NCBI GenBank assembly: GCA_950054485.1
Contig: CATLPD010000007.1
Coordinates: forward strand, 12,262 to 76,261
Length of the DNA: 64,000 bases
DNA from: an uncultured Alphaproteobacteria bacterium
GTDB lineage: Bacteria > Pseudomonadota > Alphaproteobacteria > Micavibrionales > CSBR16-224
Direction of reading: 5' to 3'
This document shows positions 1-7,456 of this stretch, piece after piece (positions within the stretch are counted from its first letter, which is position 1; every line of letters starts with the position of its first letter). Position numbers and translations under genes: made by a program. The notes under the pieces were generated by a model. It was not told the DNA's origin and made no database searches. It was given only the letters and a program-made list of their open reading frames with translations.

Positions 1-20
1 ACAAACCTTTTGGAAGAAAA

Positions 21-94
21 TGGAGCGGGCGACGAGAATCGAACTCGCACGACTAGCTTGGAAGGCTAGGGTTCTACCATTGAACTACGCCCGC
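21..94 (-). tRNA. tRNA-Gly (anticodon UCC)
   Basis: The reverse complement folds as a 74-nt cloverleaf: acceptor GCGGGCG/CGCCCGC, D-arm GTTC/GAAC, anticodon stem CTAGC/GCTAG with loop CTTCCAA, T-loop TTCGATT, encoded CCA. Confidence 0.9.
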
Positions 95-157
95 AGATTT
101 GAAATTTATAGCGAACCTGCAGGGGGAATGCAAGGCGTTTTTGCTTGGCGTGTTGTA

Positions 158-997
158 CTATGACATCAGATAATTGACGATTGATTTTGTCAGTGCATTA
201 TCTGCAAACTGATCAAAGCCCGCAAACATGGGCATAGAATTGACCTCCAGAAACTTATATCGACCCGTTTTCGCGCAGGTTTTAAAATCAGCCGCTGCAT
301 AATCCAGTTGCAATATATCTGTCAGCTTGCGAAGCCCCTGAACCAGATTTTCGGGCGGTGTGACCTGAACAATTTCAACATCGCCCATATCCAGCGCGCG
401 GTAATCCAGCGCAGCACTGGATATGCGAAAGGCAAAGAAATCATTTCCGATACGATATAGGCGTAATTCGGGGTTGATCAGCTTTTCCTGAATAATCGAT
501 GGTGACACAGTTGATATATCAGCATCCAGATCCTGCGTGTGGGCCCCGCCCGCAACTGGTTTTATGATTTTATTGTCTTTGGACACAGCGGAAATGTCAT
601 TGGTAAATAAAGTTTCGGGTATTTCCAGACCGGATTCTTTGGCCAGTTTCAAGGTATAGGGTTTATTCGCATAATAGTCTTCAAACAGACGGTTCAGGAT
701 TTTCACGTCAGGATTACAAAAGGCCCAGCCTTTGATAAAGTCAAACCAGTTGTTTAAATGATCAGACGATACATTTGAATCTTTTATCAAACTGAAAACA
801 TCCCAGCGCACAAACAGCGCGCTGGGTTTAACTTCTTCACCATTGATATAAAGGTTGGCGTTATCAAGATCCCATTTGACCTGCCAGGTGTCGGGCTGAT
901 CAATGTAAAGCGTTAATGAAAGGCGGCCCTGATCTGCACAGACTTTCGCCATATGCGTCAGATTAAAATCTTGGCTGCCGCCTGAAATAAAAAGCAT
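158..997 (-). CDS. ATP-grasp macrocyclase of the microviridin/plesiocin (graspetide) type
   Basis: 279-aa ORF 21 nt downstream of the repeat-core precursor on the same strand. ATP-grasp motifs resemble MdnC/MvdD/PsnB-like ligases: ANKPYTLKLAKESGLEIPETLFTND, IIKPVAGGAHT, IIQEKLINPELRLYRIGNDFFAF, DFKTCAKTGRYKFLEVNSMPMF. Confidence 0.75.
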   Translation of the reverse strand: MLFISGGSQDFNLTHMAKVCADQGRLSLTLYIDQPDTWQVKWDLDNANLYINGEEVKPSALFVRWDVFSLIKDSNVSSDHLNNWFDFIKGWAFCNPDVKILNRLFEDYYANKPYTLKLAKESGLEIPETLFTNDISAVSKDNKIIKPVAGGAHTQDLDADISTVSPSIIQEKLINPELRLYRIGNDFFAFRISSAALDYRALDMGDVEIVQVTPPENLVQGLRKLTDILQLDYAAADFKTCAKTGRYKFLEVNSMPMFAGFDQFADNALTKSIVNYLMS

Positions 998-1018
998 TAT
1001 AGTGCCTTCTAAACGTAA

Positions 1019-1813
1019 TTATCGTGGTCCGCGGCCTTCTTCGCCCACCGCCAGAGTGGTCATGGGAGGACGTTTTCTTGGATCAAGGTCTTTGGACTTG
1101 TCACCTTTTTTCTTATCATCATTTTCCGGTTTTTTCGGTGGCAGGGGCTTTTTACCTTCTTCACCAACGGCCAGAGTTGTCGGCCTGAGATCTTTAAAGT
1201 CCTCGCGTGGTGTGCGCGGTTTACGCGGCTTGGTTTCTTCAGGAATCGCAAGCGTTGTCATCATTCCGCTGCCGTCTCTTGGTGGTTTTCTATCTTCTTC
1301 ACCTAAAGCCAGTGTTGTGCCAGATTCTCCGTCATCATTATTTTTCTCTGGCGTGCGTGGTCTGCCTTCTTCGGGAATGGCCAATGTTGTCATCATTCCG
1401 CTACCATCTCTTGGTGGCTTCTTATCTTCTTCACCAATCGCAGCCGTCGTCGGAGAAAGAAAATCCTCATCATCTCTTTCAGGTGTGCGCGGCTTACCTT
1501 CTTCAGGTATGGCCATTGTGCACAAATACTCATCATCACCGGATAGTTGTCTTGGCTTTCTATCTTCTTCGCCCATAGCAGAGCTTGTCGGCCCCTCTCC
1601 AAACCAATCGGTGCCCGGCGCCTTCGGGGCATCATTCGCAACAGCTTTCAAATGTCCTAAGAACTCTTCTTTGGTAAATTCGAAACCTTCGGCATTACCG
1701 ATCGTCACGACTTTATCGATATCGTTTAAAGACATCCCCAGCTTGACCGCGAAAGACGGGTTCTTTTGGGCATGTTGAAACATAAGTATGACTTGTTTGT
1801 TTTTCCGGGACAT
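1019..1813 (-). CDS. Graspetide (omega-ester peptide) precursor: Nif11-like leader plus eight TTxxxxEE-type cores
   Basis: The N-terminal ~60 aa (VILMFQHAQKNPSFAVKLGMSLNDIDKVVTIGNAEGFEFTKEEF) match the Nif11-type leader pattern. Eight copies of an 8-residue motif follow: TSSAMGEE, CTMAIPEE, TTAAIGEE, TTLAIPEE, TTLALGEE, TTLAIPEE, TTLAVGEE, TTLAVGEE. They are separated by K/R/P/D-rich spacers. Confidence 0.8.
   Translation of the reverse strand: MSRKNKQVILMFQHAQKNPSFAVKLGMSLNDIDKVVTIGNAEGFEFTKEEFLGHLKAVANDAPKAPGTDWFGEGPTSSAMGEEDRKPRQLSGDDEYLCTMAIPEEGKPRTPERDDEDFLSPTTAAIGEEDKKPPRDGSGMMTTLAIPEEGRPRTPEKNNDDGESGTTLALGEEDRKPPRDGSGMMTTLAIPEETKPRKPRTPREDFKDLRPTTLAVGEEGKKPLPPKKPENDDKKKGDKSKDLDPRKRPPMTTLAVGEEGRGPR
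1037..1588 (-). repeat. Tandem core-peptide repeat region, including two 132-bp (44-aa) higher-order units at about 1259-1522
   Basis: DNA-level repeats are visible, e.g. gttgtcatcattccgctRccRtctcttggtgg...tcttcttcacc near 1255-1310 and again near 1387-1440. The protein repeats are listed under the precursor. Confidence 0.85.
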
Positions 1814-1891
1814 GGGTGATACCTTTTAATAATTATTAATGAACACGGTTATGTAACATGTAAAATCGGGGAGAGTCAACACCTGATTATG

Positions 1892-2533
1892 TCAGGCGAC
1901 TTCTTTTAAAAGCTGTGCGCGAAACGTCAATAAAAAATCGGCCCGATCTTGTGCGATGCGCTTTCCGCTGTCTGTCTGCATCATAGCTGGCAGCTTTAAC
2001 AGCTTTAATTCAAAATGGTCCAACGCATATTGCTTGTCATCCAGATCACGGTTTTTGCCCAGCGGATCTTCGGGATGGAACAGCTTGGTTCCCATACGGC
2101 CCGACGTATACATGTTACGAGCAACGCCAAGCGCACCCAAGGCTTCCATACGGTCGGCATCCTGCAGGATTCTGGCCTCCAGCGTTTTAGCTGGAATCCC
2201 CGCCGAAAAACTATGCGCCGCAATGGCATGCGCCACGTCATCCAGTTTTTCAGCCGGAAAGCCCATATCACCCAAAATTTCTTTCGATTTTTCAGCCGCC
2301 AATTGTGATGCTTTTGATCTTAAAGGCGAGTTTTTAGGCGGATTAACAACATCATGGAAATAGGCCGCCGCCAATAAAACCAGATCATCGGCGTGACCGC
2401 CCTCGCCTTCGTTAATTTCCAGCGCGACATTGTAAACACGCCTGAAATGCCCCAGATCGTGCGATGCATCATCGCTTTCGTTTTGGTGCCACCAGTTTTC
2501 GAATTCAGATTGCCATGCGGATAAAGTTTTCAT
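1892..2533 (-). CDS. HD-domain phosphohydrolase
   Basis: 213 aa with HDLGH...HD(V) metal-binding motifs (SHDLGHFRRV, AAYFHDVVNP, LQDADRMEALG), typical of the HD superfamily. Confidence 0.7.
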   Translation of the reverse strand: MKTLSAWQSEFENWWHQNESDDASHDLGHFRRVYNVALEINEGEGGHADDLVLLAAAYFHDVVNPPKNSPLRSKASQLAAEKSKEILGDMGFPAEKLDDVAHAIAAHSFSAGIPAKTLEARILQDADRMEALGALGVARNMYTSGRMGTKLFHPEDPLGKNRDLDDKQYALDHFELKLLKLPAMMQTDSGKRIAQDRADFLLTFRAQLLKEVA

Positions 2534-2564
2534 AGCTTTTATCTATAAGCTTAAAGGGATTGTG

Positions 2565-2828
2565 TCAAGCCGACTTGGATGTGCGCGGATCAATTGATCG
2601 ACCCTTTTTGGCAGGCGGATTATCCAAACGCTCGAGGATTTCGAGGATTTTATCCTGCTTTTCGGCCATTTCGTTGAACTGTATTTCCAATCTTTCCAGC
2701 CGTCTTAAGGCTGCAAAAGATAAAGCCAAAGGGGCATATTCCTGAGGCAAAGAACTGTCTGCATTTTTGTAACCCGCAACGCGTTTTCTTATACTCGCTA
2801 CATGTCCTTCAAACCACTCTTCAGCCAT
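2565..2828 (-). CDS. Small hypothetical coiled-coil protein (paralog 1 of a tandem pair)
   Basis: 87 aa. It shares the pattern FNE.AEKQ...LE....L....P..KG.S.DPR with the adjacent 89-aa ORF and overlaps it by 8 nt. Confidence 0.5.
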   Translation of the reverse strand: MAEEWFEGHVASIRKRVAGYKNADSSLPQEYAPLALSFAALRRLERLEIQFNEMAEKQDKILEILERLDNPPAKKGRSIDPRTSKSA

Positions 2829-3090
2829 GACGCCCGCCTATTCTAGGGTCCATACTCTTACCCTTGGGTGATTGCGGGTGCGCAATATCTTCAAGGGCTT
2901 GTGCAATACGCTCCAGCAAGGCATTTTGCTTTTCGGCATTTTCATTAAACTCAGCACGCATTTTTTGCATTTCCTCGAATAAAAAAACAACGGCAAGTGT
3001 ATTGCTGGCAGCATCGCCTATAGTAGCTTCGCGCCATTCATACTCTCTTTTTTTTGCTCGTCTTTTAATATCTTCAATGCTCATAATCAT
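2821..3090 (-). CDS. Small hypothetical coiled-coil protein (paralog 2 of a tandem pair)
   Basis: 89 aa. Similar central and C-terminal pattern (EFNENAEKQNALLERIAQALEDIAHPQSPKGKSMDPR) to the 2565-2828 ORF. Confidence 0.5.
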   Translation of the reverse strand: MIMSIEDIKRRAKKREYEWREATIGDAASNTLAVVFLFEEMQKMRAEFNENAEKQNALLERIAQALEDIAHPQSPKGKSMDPRIGGRHG

Positions 3091-3163
3091 ACTCCATCTG
3101 TATTCTTAATAAAAAATACCAAAAGAACAATTTCGTGTCAATATGAAAAATAAATATGATAAG

Positions 3164-3955
3164 CTATTGGCGCCAGTTCGGGTCGGTTTTATTCAAGAAA
3201 GCCGACAACCCTTCTTTGCCCTCATCACTCGCGCGGGCCTCTGCAATTTTCGCGCAGGTCATTTCGATCATATCATCGTCAACCGGGCGGCGTGCAATAT
3301 CGCGGATCAAGGCCTTGCCCATCGCCTGACCACCGGGCGCGCCCTGAAAAATCGCGCGGATAATCTCGAGGGCCTTTTTATCAAGTTCCTGCGGAAAGAC
3401 GACTTCATGCACCAAGCCGATGCGGCGGGCTTCGCCGCCATTAAAGCGCTCGGCCGTCAGAAAATAACGGCGCGCCTGACGCTCGCCAATCGCGCCAATC
3501 ACATAGGGTGCAATAATGCTGGGGATCAGGCCGATACGAACTTCGGACAGGCAGAATTCGGCATTCGCGGCTGCAATTGCAATATCGCAGGCCGCCGTCA
3601 AACCAACCCCGCCGCCAAAGGCATGGCCCTGCACCAGCGCAATTGTCGGTTTCGGCAATTCATTGATGGTTTTCAGCAATGTGCCGAGGTTGCGTGCATC
3701 CGCCAAATTTTCATCATAGGAATATTCGGCCGAGCGTTTCATCCAGTTGATATCACCGCCCGCGCAAAAACTGACCCCTTCGCCGCGCAGCACGACAACA
3801 CGAACATCCTTGTTTTCGCCCATTTCGATGAATTTTTCGGTCAAGCCGGCAATCATGTCCTCGTCAAAGGCATTGCGTTTCTTGGGCTTGTTCATGGAAA
3901 TCTGGCCGATGCCTTCGTCGGTCACTTCGGTCAGGATGATGGGTTCTGCAGACAT
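3164..3955 (-). CDS. Enoyl-CoA hydratase/isomerase (crotonase) family protein
   Basis: 263 aa with crotonase oxyanion-hole motifs: FCAGGDINWM, ALVQGHAFGGGVGL, EVRIGLIPS. Confidence 0.8.
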   Translation of the reverse strand: MSAEPIILTEVTDEGIGQISMNKPKKRNAFDEDMIAGLTEKFIEMGENKDVRVVVLRGEGVSFCAGGDINWMKRSAEYSYDENLADARNLGTLLKTINELPKPTIALVQGHAFGGGVGLTAACDIAIAAANAEFCLSEVRIGLIPSIIAPYVIGAIGERQARRYFLTAERFNGGEARRIGLVHEVVFPQELDKKALEIIRAIFQGAPGGQAMGKALIRDIARRPVDDDMIEMTCAKIAEARASDEGKEGLSAFLNKTDPNWRQ

Positions 3956-3993
3956 TTTAACCTCGAATTTTTATTGAGGTTTAAATCTACTGG

Positions 3994-4482
3994 TTATGGC
4001 TTGGGTTTGCAAACTTGATTTGGGGCTTTTGTTTTGATTTCGTATCGGGCCTTCGGGACATCTGTAATCTCTACATGATAAATTTTCTCGCCCATTTCAT
4101 CAAAGCCTTGAAATTTAACATCCAGATGGTCGGATGGGGTCAGCTTTTCAAGCACTTCAATTGATTTCTTATCCGTTATTTGAAAATATTCATCATCGTT
4201 CTGGCGCTTGTAAAGCTGAACATCACCGTTAATGTCTTCAATAGAATATTCACCATCATCAAATTGTCCGGCATGCGCCGCACCACTTCCAATTTGCGCG
4301 TCCACTTTCGATGCCAGAATGTAATAATTGAAACGCACGTACCATTGTCCGGATTTATCTTTGAGGGCGGTAATCGAATTTTGCCAAGTTGAAACCTCTG
4401 GGTCAGGCCAACGCAGACTTTCGACACCTTTAACGAAATGCGGCTTTGTAAATCTGCGCCATATATTTTTTAAAGGTTTCAT
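3994..4482 (-). CDS. Hypothetical protein, paralog family member A
   Basis: 162 aa. The N-terminus MKPLKNIWRRFTKPHFVKGVESLRWP and the later GQWYVRFNYY and LEKLTP motifs are shared with the ORFs at 4484-4966 and 5980-6495. Confidence 0.55.
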   Translation of the reverse strand: MKPLKNIWRRFTKPHFVKGVESLRWPDPEVSTWQNSITALKDKSGQWYVRFNYYILASKVDAQIGSGAAHAGQFDDGEYSIEDINGDVQLYKRQNDDEYFQITDKKSIEVLEKLTPSDHLDVKFQGFDEMGEKIYHVEITDVPKARYEIKTKAPNQVCKPKP

Positions 4483-4483
4483 T

Positions 4484-4966
4484 CTACAATTCCCTTGATC
4501 CGAATTTGCCGGATGGTGATCTTTTATGTTCTGGTCTGTTCCTATAATCTGGCGGATCTTTTACAACAATGATCCACCCTCTGTCGCCATGATAATCAAA
4601 TTTTTTGTATGCATATTCTTGAGGTGTCAGCTTTTCCAAGGCTTCGATAGATACAGGGTCAGTTATTTCTTCAAAGCCCCGCCCCATTGAGCGACGATGT
4701 GGAACAATTTCAGCATTCTGATCTTCCAATTCGTAAACTTCTTTTGAGAATTTATCATTATTTCTAGGATTTGCCATGCGGTCTTGGGCGTCTTCTTCCG
4801 GCATATATAAGTTAAAACGACCGAACCAACGGCCATCTTTCGTTTTGCCAAATGTATGCGATACAAGCCAGCATGTTGAATCCTGCATAGGCCAAATCAA
4901 GCTTTCAACTTCATGAACGAATTTCGGCTTTACAAATTGACGCCACAGCTTTTTCAATGATTTCAT
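4484..4966 (-). CDS. Hypothetical protein, paralog family member B
   Basis: 160 aa. Carries MKSLKKLWRQFVKPKFVHEVESLIWP, GRWFGRFNLYMPEEDAQDR and ALEKLTP. Its stop is 1 nt from the start of member A. Confidence 0.55.
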   Translation of the reverse strand: MKSLKKLWRQFVKPKFVHEVESLIWPMQDSTCWLVSHTFGKTKDGRWFGRFNLYMPEEDAQDRMANPRNNDKFSKEVYELEDQNAEIVPHRRSMGRGFEEITDPVSIEALEKLTPQEYAYKKFDYHGDRGWIIVVKDPPDYRNRPEHKRSPSGKFGSREL

Positions 4967-5130
4967 TTCAAATATCCTTTTAATCGCTCATAATTTACCC
5001 TATTTTTTACATTATGTCAAATTAAATTCATCAATCCTTAACCATTCCCTGCAATACTGAAACTATAGGTCTGATAGTTCAGCCTATTTAAAGGAAGAAT
5101 TCCGTAAACTTACATACAGGAGAGAATCTC

Positions 5131-5520
5131 ATGGCTCTAATTATAGATTTAAAACCATCCGAACGAATTATTATAGGCGATGCCCTCATCACAAACGATG
5201 ACGCACGTACGCGTCTGCATATCGAGGGCGATGCCCCGATCCTGCGCGAAAAAGACATTTTACGCCCGGATGATGCCGACAGCCCCAGTAAACGTGTATA
5301 TTTGATGATACAATTGATGTATTTATCAAAAACACCCGAAGATTTACATCATGATTACTTTAAAGCTGTTAAAGAAATACAAGGCGCAGCACCAAGCACG
5401 TCTGTTTTATTCATGAAGATCAACGATTACATTCTGGACGGTCAATATTACAAGGCCTTGAAAGAAGCCCGCGTCCTGATCGATTACGAAAAGGAGTTGG
5501 TCGCCCATGCAACAGCATAA
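5131..5520 (+). CDS. flbT: Flagellar biosynthesis repressor FlbT
   Basis: 129 aa. LIIDLKPSERIIIGDALITN...APILREKDILRPDDADSPSKRVYLMIQLMYL matches the conserved FlbT N-terminal pattern. It is adjacent to, and overlaps, flaF. Confidence 0.85.
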   Translation: MALIIDLKPSERIIIGDALITNDDARTRLHIEGDAPILREKDILRPDDADSPSKRVYLMIQLMYLSKTPEDLHHDYFKAVKEIQGAAPSTSVLFMKINDYILDGQYYKALKEARVLIDYEKELVAHATA

Positions 5521-5977
5521 TCCATATCAAAACGCGTCTGACGCCTATTCGAACAACAAAGCGGCCAGCCTGTCTGACCCGCGCACTATGGAGGCGCAGG
5601 CTCTGCTAAAGGCTGCCTCGAAATTGGATCGCATCCGCGACCTGCTGCGTGAGGGACAAGACCCCGGCTATCTGGCTGTTGGCGAGGCGCTGGAATATAA
5701 TAAAAAGCTCTGGATTGTTTTTGCGGATTCTATGGCTGATCCATCACATGATCTGCCGCAGGAGCTGAAAAACAACATCGCCAGCCTGTCTGTTTTTATG
5801 CTGAAACGCACGCTGGAGGTTTTGGCTGATGCCACAGCGGAAAAGCTGGATGTCATGATTGATATTAATCGTCAGATTGCATCAGGCCTGATGAAAACAC
5901 CCGCAAAGGATGCAACCGATACGGCCGTACCGTCTGAGGCGCCGCCCGCATCCCGCAGCGAAAGTATTGACGCTTAA
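5507..5977 (+). CDS. flaF: Flagellar biosynthesis regulator FlaF
   Basis: 156 aa. Carries EAQALLKAASKL, YNKKLWIVFADSMADPSHDLPQELKNNIASL and IDINRQIASGL, which match conserved FlaF blocks. Confidence 0.85.
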   Translation: MQQHNPYQNASDAYSNNKAASLSDPRTMEAQALLKAASKLDRIRDLLREGQDPGYLAVGEALEYNKKLWIVFADSMADPSHDLPQELKNNIASLSVFMLKRTLEVLADATAEKLDVMIDINRQIASGLMKTPAKDATDTAVPSEAPPASRSESIDA

Positions 5978-5979
5978 AA

Positions 5980-6495
5980 TTATTTAGATAAGTTTTTGGA
6001 TGATCCCGTTTGCGCCTTTGGCCGGACGGGATTTCCTTTTTCGTCAAAATGACGGCTCCAGTGATTGGGGCGCGGATTCTCTTTGAAACCAGGGGGCATT
6101 TTATATTCAACACGCGTTTCAGATGCGATAAAATACAGCATTTCCTGCACTGTTCCACATTTGATATAATCCCCAAACCCACGTGAATACGGCTTTAGTC
6201 GTTTGAATATTTGCACCTGCCCGTTAAAACGGGGAATGGAATATTCACCCGCCTCGACATCAAAGCACTCACCATCGCGCTCTTCATGAGCCAGTCTATC
6301 TTTTACGTTTTCCGGCAATTCAAATAAATCGGTTCTGACGTACCAAGCCCCTTTTTTATCCTGTCCCGCAACCCACATACACCAGAAGTCGCCTTTATCA
6401 GACTTGGTGATTAAAGGCCCTTCGACCTCGCGTACGAACTTGGGAAGAAAAGCCTTCCTGAAATTGACACGTAATTTTTTAATAGCAGCTTTCAT
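5980..6495 (-). CDS. Hypothetical protein, paralog family member C
   Basis: Likely start at MKAAIKKLRVNFRKAFLPKFVREVEGP (the ORF track extends to 6525). GAWYVRTDLFELPENVKDR parallels members A and B. Convergent with flaF. Confidence 0.5.
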   Translation of the reverse strand: MKAAIKKLRVNFRKAFLPKFVREVEGPLITKSDKGDFWCMWVAGQDKKGAWYVRTDLFELPENVKDRLAHEERDGECFDVEAGEYSIPRFNGQVQIFKRLKPYSRGFGDYIKCGTVQEMLYFIASETRVEYKMPPGFKENPRPNHWSRHFDEKGNPVRPKAQTGSSKNLSK

Positions 6496-6565
6496 TTCGA
6501 ACCTTAAAAAAATACAATTTAACATAATTTAAAAACTAAATCAACCAAGCTCATATCCACGCCGT

Positions 6566-6590
6566 AATAAAAGACCGCCCGAAGGCGGCC
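6566..6590 (-). terminator. Rho-independent terminator downstream of the flaG-like gene
   Basis: On the minus strand, a GGCCGCC-TTCG-GGCGGTC hairpin is followed by TTTTATT. Confidence 0.6.
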
Positions 6591-6615
6591 TTCTAATCAT
6601 TGCTGTCTAAAATAA

Positions 6616-7062
6616 TTACGAAACAGATGCGGTATCAGATAATTGGGCTGTACCAGCTGTGACATTACCTGATGCAGCCGATGCACTCTCCGCCTGTACA
6701 GGCTGCGCTGCAGCCGTATTACTTGCCGGCGCTGCTGTCGGCTTTGTTAAGCTGGCTGCGTTTTCAGCAAAGGCATTTTCACGTGCATCCCGCGCCTCTT
6801 CAAGCTGGGCAGCCCGCTGATAGCCTGCTATTTGTTTTTCCGTCGGATATTGACGAATAATATCGCCTGTCTCCGATGATTTGAATTCTAAAATAGCCAT
6901 ATCCAGATTTACATCTACACGAATAGTGGAGACCGTATATTCCGGCTTAGCTTCTGGAAGATTACTCTCAAGTTTTGGAACAGATTCCGGAACGGCCACC
7001 TGCGATTCCACGCGGGGTTGAGCCGTAGGGGCTGTTACTGATGTAATTTCATTACCTATCAT
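6616..7062 (-). CDS. flaG: FlaG-family flagellar protein
   Basis: 148 aa. LDMAILEFKSSETGDIIRQYPTEKQIAGY matches the conserved FlaG core (..D..tGevIRqiP.e..l). It lies in a flagellar context. Confidence 0.65.
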   Translation of the reverse strand: MIGNEITSVTAPTAQPRVESQVAVPESVPKLESNLPEAKPEYTVSTIRVDVNLDMAILEFKSSETGDIIRQYPTEKQIAGYQRAAQLEEARDARENAFAENAASLTKPTAAPASNTAAAQPVQAESASAASGNVTAGTAQLSDTASVS

Positions 7063-7156
7063 ATCCTACACCTTCTGGTATATACACATTCCTACACTTT
7101 CTATCTTATCGCGATTCGCAATAGCATGTCAAGTAAAATGTTCACATTTATTTTTA

Positions 7157-7172
7157 TTAACTAAATATTAAC
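7157..7172. promoter_or_regulatory. Candidate CtrA box (TTAA-N7-TTAAC) in the flaG/fliF divergent intergenic region
   Basis: The sequence is TTAACTAAATATTAAC, a perfect full-site consensus. The region is very AT-rich, so a chance match is plausible. Confidence 0.3.
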
Positions 7173-7456
7173 TTTATATTTACTTATTGTTAACTATTTT
7201 TATTTGAAGGTGCACCCCGCTTTGTCGAAAAATATAATAAAATTTTCGAGGAAATTAGCGGGTTTTTAAACGATTTTGACTACAATTAAAATCGAACTAT
7301 ATGAATCAGTGAGGTTTGGGCAAATTAATTATTTGCAATTTTATGCAGGCAAAATTTGCCTAGTGGATAAAACTGGTGTAGGATAATAAACGAGTGGTTC
7401 CACTTTTTGAAACAATTCACTGATATATAAGCGACTATAGGCATGGGAGTTAGCTG

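Noticed and set aside
1002-1778. 258-aa ORF on the plus strand, plus the 123-aa ORF (1207-1578, +) and the 82-aa ORF (1393-1641, -), all overlapping the graspetide precursor.
   Set aside because: They are antisense or alternate-frame read-through of the tandem core repeats. Their sequence is low-complexity S/G/R/P-rich, and they have no leader or RBS logic. The minus-strand frame carries the recognisable Nif11 leader and the repeated motif.
3143-4018. 291-aa plus-strand ORF.
   Set aside because: It is fully antisense to a crotonase-family gene that has clear catalytic motifs. I recognise no motifs in the ORF itself.
5865-6182. 105-aa minus-strand ORF overlapping the flaF 3' end and paralog C.
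   Set aside because: It overlaps two better-supported genes in different frames.
7395-7410. Sigma-54-like element TGGTTCCACTTTTTGA upstream of fliF.
   Set aside because: The -12 element reads TTGA/TTTG rather than TTGC, and the GG-to-GC spacing is off by one. In related bacteria fliF is a class II gene driven by CtrA and sigma-70, so it is not expected to be sigma-54 dependent.
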